Origin: a virus
Taxonomy: Duplodnaviria > Caudoviricetes
Virus record (IMG/VR): IMGVR_UViG_3300029171_000033
Coordinates: 1-31,054 of that record
Length of the DNA: 31,054 nucleotides
Direction: 5' to 3' (one strand)
Part shown: piece by piece, positions 25,401 to 31,054 of the stretch
Position numbering within the stretch: position 1 is the stretch's first letter
Layout of the letters: each line of letters begins with the position of its first letter
The notes under the pieces: model-generated
What the model was told of the DNA's origin: nothing
The model's input: only the letters and a program-made list of their open reading frames with translations
Database searches by the model: none
Translations under genes and position numbers: made by a program

Positions 25401-27843
25401 TTTCTATAAGTGTCGGCACGAATTCAATCACTTCACCCATTGCCGCACCAATGGCAAGGAAGAATTCAACACCCTCTTTTGTATTCGCAAACTCATTGAG
25501 TCTTTGCATCGCGTCCGTCATGGCGTCAATCATACCACCACGACCAATGAGAACACGGGATTGGAACATCGTATTTTGCAGACGACCCCATTCTGCGGTG
25601 AAGCTGCGCAAAGAATTAGGCAATTGTTGGCCGAAAACACGATCCAATTCAGCGGCGATTTTCAGCATATTTTCCTCAGTGGAAAATACCTTACCCTTCT
25701 TCATAAGATCATCAAGTTCAGAGATGGTCAGACCCAAGGCATCAGCAACAATTCTAACAGCGCCGGGAAGACGCTCGCCAAGCTGTTGACGCAATTCTTC
25801 GGCGCCGATTTTGGATTTACCAATCATCTGACTCAGAGCAAGGAACGTCCCTTGCAGGTCTTCCAACGACAACTTGTTAACACGACCAGCTTCGGCAACA
25901 GAAAGAAAGATTGTTCGAATTGAATCGTCACTGAAACCAGATGCCGCCGCCCCAACTGCAAATTTAGTATATTCCTGCGAAAGAACACCAAATTCAATAC
26001 CGATGCGTTGGGCTTGCCGTCTGATCCAGTCAAGTTCAACACCCATTCGGGATTGATTACCTTCAAATACCACACCGAGGCGCGAAATCGCGGCCTCTTG
26101 CGTCATAAACGCCTCGCTAACAGATTGAATTCCACGGGCGACACCGTAAAGACCCGCGTATGCGGCAATCAAAGACAGAACTTGACCACGAATTCGTTGA
26201 TAAAGATTAAGTGCGGTTCTGCCGTCCTGATTGTGTTTACGCCAAACATCAAAAACATTCGCCCGAAGTGAACCCGAAGCAACTCCAACCTCACGAATTT
26301 TCATCGTGAGTTGGCGAGCATCATTTTCAGCAGCACCCATTGCCTGTGCCAAAGCGCGGATATCTGCCTTCAATTTCGCGCGCCCACCATCACCACGGGA
26401 AATCGCAGCATTCAGTTCGCTGATTTCTTTTTTGAATGTGGCTGAATCATCTTGCGTGCGACGAAGTTCGTCATTGAGTTTACGCAGTTTCGCAGCATCT
26501 TCCGATCCAGTGAAACCACCGCCGCCATCGGAATAGCGGGCTGCGCGCGAAAGAACGTCTGCCGTTTGATTGTATCTTGCCGTCAGTCGGGCAAGGCGCT
26601 TTTCCAGATCGTCAACACTTTGACCAATCGCACCAAAGCCTTGGCGTTTTGCCGCAGATTGCAACTCATTGAGTGCAGCAGTTGATTTTTCAACGGATGA
26701 CGTTCCACGATCAATCGAATTGGAAAGCGCCCGGTTTTCAGAATCCAGTTTTTGAATTTCAGACTGTGCAATCTGAATTTCAGCGTTTTTTTCAGATAAT
26801 GCGTGTTCGTTTTTCGAAATCGATGCTGTAAGTCGGTCGTGAGCAACACTCGCAACACCCAGCTTTTGCGAGTGTTCCGCAATTTGAGCCTGCGCCTGTG
26901 CCAGTTTGGTTCTCAGCGTTCCGAGGTTATCGACGCTGACCATTTGGCGGCTGATTTCACGGGTGGCCTGCACCTGCTGGGCAAGGTTGCGACTCGAGTC
27001 CTGTTGCGCACGCTTGGCTGCGTCCCGCAAGGTCTCAACGCGCTGAATCTCACGGTCATAGGCCACAAGGCGTGCGCGCACAGCCCCTTCATCCTCTTGG
27101 AAGCTGCGTGTGGCCATTTTAGCCCAAGGGTCGTCTGTGGTCGCGGCGATGCGGCCAACACGCTCGCTGCGGGAGGTCATACCCGCAGCACCAGTCAAGG
27201 CGCGACGTTCAGCCTCTCGCGCAGCCCGAAGCTGAGAAATTCGGTCAACCAAAACATCAGTTGTGCGGATAGCGCGTTGATCTGCGGCTTCAGCGTCCCG
27301 CTGCGCCTGTGTTGATTTTTCGAGGTCGGCGCGACTCTTGGCGAGGGCGGTTTCTCGTTTTTGGATTTCAGCAGTCAGATCGCGACTCTGTTCCTCAGCC
27401 GAAGCCATGACCTTTGTGTGGGTCGCGATAGCGCGGCTAGTTTCAGTGAGTGCTTTCTTTTCGTCGGAAATCGATTGACGCAAAGCATCACGACTCTGCC
27501 GGGAACTTTCAATTGCAGCTTTCGAACGCAAAAGCTGATCGGAATTCGTAGTGAGGGCAGATCGGTTATCCGCCAATTCTTGCGTCATTTTTGCAAGAGA
27601 ATCCGCGATGATCTGATAATTTCGATTCACACCAATCTGACCAGCAGTTTTGGCCATTGTGGTTTGAAGCTGGCTCACCGACTTTACAGCGCTATCCAGT
27701 TTTCCACGCAAAGGGGTCAAAGCGCGACCAACATCGTCGGTGCCGTTCGCGTATTGACCAAGGGCCTGCGCCACCTTGGCGATGACCTTAGAAGCCTCGT
27801 CACGGGCGCGGATCGTCAGCCGAACATCGCGGGAATTTGCCAT
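22426..27843 (-). CDS. Tape measure protein (1805 aa) with a lysozyme-like domain
   Basis: Long coiled coil; tape-measure motif SQM.GK.K..AEEL..QLGERLPGA; central hydrophobic helices; GYGSDT..NYG..RR.EEA domain; FHSG C-terminus. Confidence 0.96.
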   Translation of the reverse strand: MANSRDVRLTIRARDEASKVIAKVAQALGQYANGTDDVGRALTPLRGKLDSAVKSVSQLQTTMAKTAGQIGVNRNYQIIADSLAKMTQELADNRSALTTNSDQLLRSKAAIESSRQSRDALRQSISDEKKALTETSRAIATHTKVMASAEEQSRDLTAEIQKRETALAKSRADLEKSTQAQRDAEAADQRAIRTTDVLVDRISQLRAAREAERRALTGAAGMTSRSERVGRIAATTDDPWAKMATRSFQEDEGAVRARLVAYDREIQRVETLRDAAKRAQQDSSRNLAQQVQATREISRQMVSVDNLGTLRTKLAQAQAQIAEHSQKLGVASVAHDRLTASISKNEHALSEKNAEIQIAQSEIQKLDSENRALSNSIDRGTSSVEKSTAALNELQSAAKRQGFGAIGQSVDDLEKRLARLTARYNQTADVLSRAARYSDGGGGFTGSEDAAKLRKLNDELRRTQDDSATFKKEISELNAAISRGDGGRAKLKADIRALAQAMGAAENDARQLTMKIREVGVASGSLRANVFDVWRKHNQDGRTALNLYQRIRGQVLSLIAAYAGLYGVARGIQSVSEAFMTQEAAISRLGVVFEGNQSRMGVELDWIRRQAQRIGIEFGVLSQEYTKFAVGAAASGFSDDSIRTIFLSVAEAGRVNKLSLEDLQGTFLALSQMIGKSKIGAEELRQQLGERLPGAVRIVADALGLTISELDDLMKKGKVFSTEENMLKIAAELDRVFGQQLPNSLRSFTAEWGRLQNTMFQSRVLIGRGGMIDAMTDAMQRLNEFANTKEGVEFFLAIGAAMGEVIEFVPTLIENFESIVKVLKLVMTIGIAAVFQRWMLALAPLGLALGSTLLTLARAPSAFMLFNTALWSSATAMGAAGVAARGLGVALLTLGPLTAALIIGSQVIGLFSSWSDGVDQIVQAQAQHERIMDRILQQYEDAKGKTYDWVQALNSRDTLELREQYDVDVSAFENAIAELDKIRGGSDMADGFWSELWHSFNEGSARGSNVVVSTARDLAQQFGVPDDVATKLQKDWQKVMYDLNAASRDEIMELISSLRTFSQMIPDGDARTKLANIERALQTVVDTGENVSVISDVLQRLGFNMADADSITSRFSMTIEEAADGVNGTSDQLENFKDQVETQLILPLEKALEEAGAFEEGFTDLDKVIKSPFDGGEVSIREMLTALDALKNKVPEIAAAFKALADDGSIDALSQALSWMNNIPGLGGVFKNVIGGEYGSRVPDDLKDSERFGKWAESGLGWMIRAYEDYRGKAYADQKETGGFSAWRVGYGSDTVTDANTGAVRRVQQNETIDRADAEADLMRRINTYMSDIVGKIGQQRWDSFGDEQREVLLSLAHNYGTIPDRIMNVVKTGTASEIAAAIRGEIRPGSVNNARRGEEAAIFERGGAASSEPYQDAIEERAKIAEKEARKAAESRADEYESLDQSLDVARLRANEQEREAFIVERINQFRKKHGEISAEELANLREQYGVLYDMQNQKTQDEQRQEKIKEHQERINQLETERNALIEQREFHQGKGNTDKVEEINGQLTGINTQLETAIDNFIAFWKATGGPEAAGAIAQLEATRLQLRETGKEALLTAEQINQKWASGLSDAFSEMAKAIANGENAWESFRDAFLSFASDFLIEIGKMIVQQALLNALQGSGGSGGFGGMIMKGLSAITGGVFHSGKGPGQRVGNMSRRVDPAVFNNAQRFHSGKLPGLRQGEMAAIIEADEEVIPTSDPRHAWNTSGGEKSQSGSADGGMTIINAIDAEQLLEAALKTDSGKRMFVNQIKLIAPQIKQALS

Positions 27844-27848
27844 GGTGG

Positions 27849-27892
27849 AACCCTCTCACAGTGCTGTTCCTGTTTAACACTGTAAGAGGGTT
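27849..27892 (-). promoter_or_regulatory. 15-bp mRNA hairpin covering the tape-measure Shine-Dalgarno
   Basis: Minus strand AACCCTCTTACAGTG-14 nt-CACTGTGAGAGGGTT (one U-G pair), then CCACC-ATG. Confidence 0.7.
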
Positions 27893-27897
27893 AGGCG

Positions 27898-28209
27898 CTA
27901 GTCTGATAGTTCCTTCAGGGTCTTCTTCAACTCACGAGTTGATCGTTTATCCCCGAGTATGGAACCACCAATCATGTGAATGATTTGGCCAAACATTCGG
28001 ATTTGCCGGTTAACCACATGCGAATGTAAATCCGAATAATCCCAAAGAATACCCAATCCATAATTTTCTGGATCAGTATGGCCGTTGGAAATCAGAAACG
28101 CAACAGTTCGCCAGATTGAAGTTACGAAGTCGTTTCGCGCCTCTTCCGAAGTTCGACCTCTAGGGCGCTGTTGATTTCCCTCGCCGCGCCCGTCACGAGT
28201 TCCAGAAGG
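27898..28209 (-). CDS. C-terminal (-1 frame) extension of the tail assembly chaperone (gpGT-like)
   Basis: Stop-free -1 frame of 103 codons from the slippery site to TAG at 27900-27898, containing FLISNGHTDPENYGLG. Confidence 0.85.
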   Translation of the reverse strand, partial: PSGTRDGRGEGNQQRPRGRTSEEARNDFVTSIWRTVAFLISNGHTDPENYGLGILWDYSDLHSHVVNRQIRMFGQIIHMIGGSILGDKRSTRELKKTLKELSD

Positions 28210-28589
28210 TTTCCCAATCCACCAATGCGCGAAAGAGAATGTGCAACCAAGCGGGCAGTCAGCAGAGCAAAATCTTCTGCGGAAAGTTCACGAATTGCTG
28301 CGAGGTCTTCATCATCACCGCCCGCACACATGTTGATGCAGTGTGCGCAAAGATCAGGAAGGGTCGCGATAAGATCACTGTAAGTTTGCGGATCAGTGAA
28401 CAAAACCTCAATGGGTTTTCCAGCCTGAACATGGTTGATGATCCGTGTGGTGAGTTCCACGGTTTCAAGATCGAAAACCTTGACCAGTTCAGAAATATCA
28501 AGGGCGGTGATTGGTCGCAAATGCAACACCTCACCGCCCCTGAGAGTAACATCGACGCGCGGTGCGCGTTTCAAACCAAGTTTGGACAT
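28122..28589 (-). CDS. Tail assembly chaperone (gpG-like, 155 aa)
   Basis: Between tail tube and tape measure; AGGAG RBS; contains the slippery site. Confidence 0.88.
   Translation of the reverse strand: MSKLGLKRAPRVDVTLRGGEVLHLRPITALDISELVKVFDLETVELTTRIINHVQAGKPIEVLFTDPQTYSDLIATLPDLCAHCINMCAGGDDEDLAAIRELSAEDFALLTARLVAHSLSRIGGLGNLLELVTGAAREINSALEVELRKRRETTS
28209..28215 (-). promoter_or_regulatory. Programmed -1 ribosomal frameshift heptamer G GGA AAC
   Basis: X XXY YYZ in the correct phase (TTG GGA AAC = L-G-N). Confidence 0.85.
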
Positions 28590-28647
28590 GGGCGCTTCTC
28601 CTAAATCGCCCATGCACCTTAGATCGCCGGGGGTTCCCGGTCAATCC

Positions 28648-29439
28648 TTACGCGGTGACCGGCGCACCGTCGATATAGATCGCGGCCATGTTGCCGCGCT
28701 TCATGGGCTTCAGGTTGAAGACCATTTGCCGCCAAGTGTCACCCTTCAGATCGAAATCACCATTCGGGGAGATTTCCATCCACGGCAAGAGGAACGTGCG
28801 GTTTTCACCAGCAGGGTTGTCTTCCACATACCGCAGGCGACCCTTGACCGGCTGGGAACCCGAGATGATCCGATCACGGGTCGAAGCAACCGGCGTATAG
28901 TTGACGCGAAGATTGGTGCCCGCGAGGATCGCCCCACCCGGAACAACGTAAATGCGACCCGTGACCGGATCGATTTCGTAATCGTCATCCACATCATAAG
29001 TGGTGGGGGTCGGCGTTGCATCGTTGGAAACGACAACGGAACCAATGCCGCGAACACCTTGGGGATTGGTGGGCGTGATGCCGATCTGGTAGAAAAGACC
29101 CGGCAAAACGCCGTCGATTTCTTCCCCGACAACGGCGACAGCGGATTGCACAACGGAAATCTTCTGACCCAAAAAGAACATCGCCATATTTTCGGGCGAA
29201 ATATCGTCAAGGGTCAGACTGCCCGAACGATTGACCGACAAGGTGACCGACGCATCAAGTTCGTTGATGCCACCATCGGAACTGAAATGGTCGAGGGCCG
29301 TCGATTCCACGTTCAACGTGAAACCCGGCGAATTGCCGACATACATTTCACCAGCCTGATCGAAAATATCGAAGCTGGTTTCACGGGCGAGGAAGAGTTT
29401 CCCCCGACCAACGGTATAGTTGTTCAAATGATCGGCCAT
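28648..29439 (-). CDS. Major tail (tube) protein
   Basis: NYTVGRGKLF..YVGN.P.F......LDHFSS..G....D....DDIS.EN.A.FF.G; AGGAG RBS; biased codons. Confidence 0.9.
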   Translation of the reverse strand: MADHLNNYTVGRGKLFLARETSFDIFDQAGEMYVGNSPGFTLNVESTALDHFSSDGGINELDASVTLSVNRSGSLTLDDISPENMAMFFLGQKISVVQSAVAVVGEEIDGVLPGLFYQIGITPTNPQGVRGIGSVVVSNDATPTPTTYDVDDDYEIDPVTGRIYVVPGGAILAGTNLRVNYTPVASTRDRIISGSQPVKGRLRYVEDNPAGENRTFLLPWMEISPNGDFDLKGDTWRQMVFNLKPMKRGNMAAIYIDGAPVTA

Positions 29440-29474
29440 GGGTCGTTCTCCTGAAGTTTCTGGCTACCCACACC

Positions 29475-30038
29475 TTATAGCGGGTTTTGTGCGATGACGC
29501 GAGGGCTTTTCAAATCCTCGGTGATGTTAAGATACAATGGGAGCCAGAAGTAGGTAAAGCGCGAATGGTCACCGGAACCGCGAACAGTCTCAGAACCAAT
29601 GTGCATATTTGAAATGTTGTTTCGATTGTTCCGCTCTTTTTGTGCGCTTGGCCCGAGATTCAAAATATTGCTCACCGCCATTGCGCCCCGTGGAGTTTCA
29701 ACCAATTCCACCAGTGCCGCCTTGATATCTGCGCACATTTCATACGCAAAAAAAGTTGGCTTATCCATTGAGTCAGGTAACATACCTTGAATGAAAATCG
29801 TCCACTGGTAGGTTCTGAGTTGGGAATTCTGTGGCGGTGGTGGAATTTCAACAGGTTTCGGGGGTTCAATAAAACTGATTACCCGGCGACGAACTTCATC
29901 ATCACCGAAACCCTCACGACCCCACTCAACCGTTCCGGGGTCAAATTGGCTACCAGCCATTCGGTTTTTCAAATACAATTCCAAGCCAAAAAGAATTGCA
30001 CTTTTCAGAGTCACGGAATCACCGATTTCAATTGTCAT
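29475..30038 (-). CDS. Tail terminator-like protein
   Basis: GR..FGD, S.IEP, IQG...D...PT..AY...AD.K.AL; position before the tube gene. Confidence 0.75.
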   Translation of the reverse strand: MTIEIGDSVTLKSAILFGLELYLKNRMAGSQFDPGTVEWGREGFGDDEVRRRVISFIEPPKPVEIPPPPQNSQLRTYQWTIFIQGMLPDSMDKPTFFAYEMCADIKAALVELVETPRGAMAVSNILNLGPSAQKERNNRNNISNMHIGSETVRGSGDHSRFTYFWLPLYLNITEDLKSPRVIAQNPL

Positions 30039-30625
30039 GGTTTAATTTTCCTTGCGATGTGATGTTGAAATCGCGCTTCTAAACGATCCGCGATTTTTGT
30101 TTCGTTGTTGTCTTGCTGAAGCCAATTGCGAAAAACCTGATAAACTGATGGGCCGTATACCGCCCACAAATCAGGATTGCTTAGTTGCTTTGGCTTATAT
30201 GCGTTATTCGGCTTACCGTCAGATCGCACGATCAAGCCGCGATTTCCAGAACGCAAATTCATAAAAAAGGCTTTTCGGATAAGTTTGGCCCGAACGCCTT
30301 TTCTGACATGAACCATTATGCCTTGACTTAATGCTGAGTCCATTGCAAATCTTGCGAGGCTGGTTGGTTCGCTTCTCGCGAACAGTCGAGCCTCAAGATC
30401 ACCATTTGAGGCGAATTTACTTACAGAAAAACGGTCGTCACGATCAAGATATCCAGATGGAAAGTTGATCGTATCATTCATAAATTTCTTTGAATTTGAG
30501 TATGCAAAACGAATAGTATCGTTGATCGCCATTCTAGCACAATCAACGATAACCTTTTCATATTGCTTTCCATATTGGCTAATGGCGTCATCAACGCCAT
30601 CTAGCCTTATTTTCAAATCAAACAT
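30035..30625 (-). CDS. Tail completion / neck protein (gpZ-like)
   Basis: A.MAIND, NFP.GYL, TSLARF, AF...LR.GN.GL..R, YGPSV.QVF. Confidence 0.78.
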   Translation of the reverse strand: MFDLKIRLDGVDDAISQYGKQYEKVIVDCARMAINDTIRFAYSNSKKFMNDTINFPSGYLDRDDRFSVSKFASNGDLEARLFARSEPTSLARFAMDSALSQGIMVHVRKGVRAKLIRKAFFMNLRSGNRGLIVRSDGKPNNAYKPKQLSNPDLWAVYGPSVYQVFRNWLQQDNNETKIADRLEARFQHHIARKIKP

Positions 30626-31054
30626 CAGGATACACCGGCCAACCAATCATGTCTTGCGGTAGCAGTTCTATCACCTTAGCGTTCTGGGTCTGATCGTCCT
30701 TTGGGAAAACCGAGTCAATTCGATATCCACGCCCGTATTCTGTCAAAAAATACAAACCACGAATGGGCGTAAATCCAGAAGCACCCTCAACCCAGAAAAC
30801 AGCAACCGGCGAGTTATCCTCAACCTCAGCGTAATGATAACTCGTCCCTGCGAGGTCACCATGGCTGAGGAATTTTTCATGGACACGAACTTGAATTTGT
30901 GTCAGATCAACGGGCAATGGTCCAATTACAGGGTCACCATTTCCGTCTAGGATCGGATTTCCATCGTCATCAAGCAAAGGCCCCTCTTCAGGTGGCCAAC
31001 TGAAAACGACTGCGCCGTCCCCCATTGTTTGATGGAGAACGGCGCGACCGATCC
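30618..31054 (-). CDS. Head-tail joining protein, 5'-truncated by the window edge
   Basis: Frame is open to the window end (..IGRAVLHQTMGD..); VRVH.KF...GDL.G, YRID.V.P.D. Confidence 0.7.
   Translation of the reverse strand, partial: IGRAVLHQTMGDGAVVFSWPPEEGPLLDDDGNPILDGNGDPVIGPLPVDLTQIQVRVHEKFLSHGDLAGTSYHYAEVEDNSPVAVFWVEGASGFTPIRGLYFLTEYGRGYRIDSVFPKDDQTQNAKVIELLPQDMIGWPVYPDV

Larger units (their letters stand above)
18..31054. mobile_element. Tailed bacteriophage (siphovirus-type) genome segment
   Basis: Continuous tail/lysis operon on the - strand and a replication/nucleotide-metabolism cluster on the + strand; tightly packed genes with ATGA/GTGA overlaps; no host housekeeping context. 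Confidence 0.97.

Noticed and set aside
28170-28182. Second slippery heptamer GGGAAAT in the chaperone gene
   Set aside because: Out of phase (AGG GAA ATC) for a -1 tandem slip
28435-29454. 339-aa + strand ORF opposite the major tail gene (likewise 13793-14680 and 22879-23853)
   Set aside because: Antisense shadows of well-supported genes

Overview
This is a fragment of a long-tailed (siphovirus-type) bacteriophage genome with two convergent arms. The + arm (~400-10230) holds early/middle genes: ATP-dependent DNA ligase, dCMP deaminase, ThyX, a GapR-like protein, an HD-domain nucleotidase, an NPPF-type methyltransferase, a PD-(D/E)xK nuclease-like protein and many small ORFs. The - arm (31054-10371) is late morphogenesis and lysis: head-tail joining and tail completion genes, tail tube, a tail chaperone with a -1 frameshift, an 1805-aa tape measure protein with a lysozyme-like domain, a tail-tip module of the Chi/D3112/YuA type, fibre and lectin proteins, a GH19 endolysin with spanins and a holin candidate, and a separate Ig/LamG/SGNH-esterase appendage protein. 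The GapR gene and the restriction-site avoidance pattern suggest an alphaproteobacterial, perhaps Rhodobacterales, host (inference). Bases 1-17 match a random-amplification primer (artifact) and are followed by a non-coding region with four 25-bp direct repeats. Main leads: an RBS-hiding hairpin that may couple tape-measure translation to the chaperone frameshift; apparent absence of GTAC, CGATCG, RGATCY and TGATCA; two RGRK-bearing nucleoid-type proteins; a non-SSB-looking protein with an SSB-type tail; and a possible head-spike esterase module. All calls come from motif recognition by eye; no searches were run.
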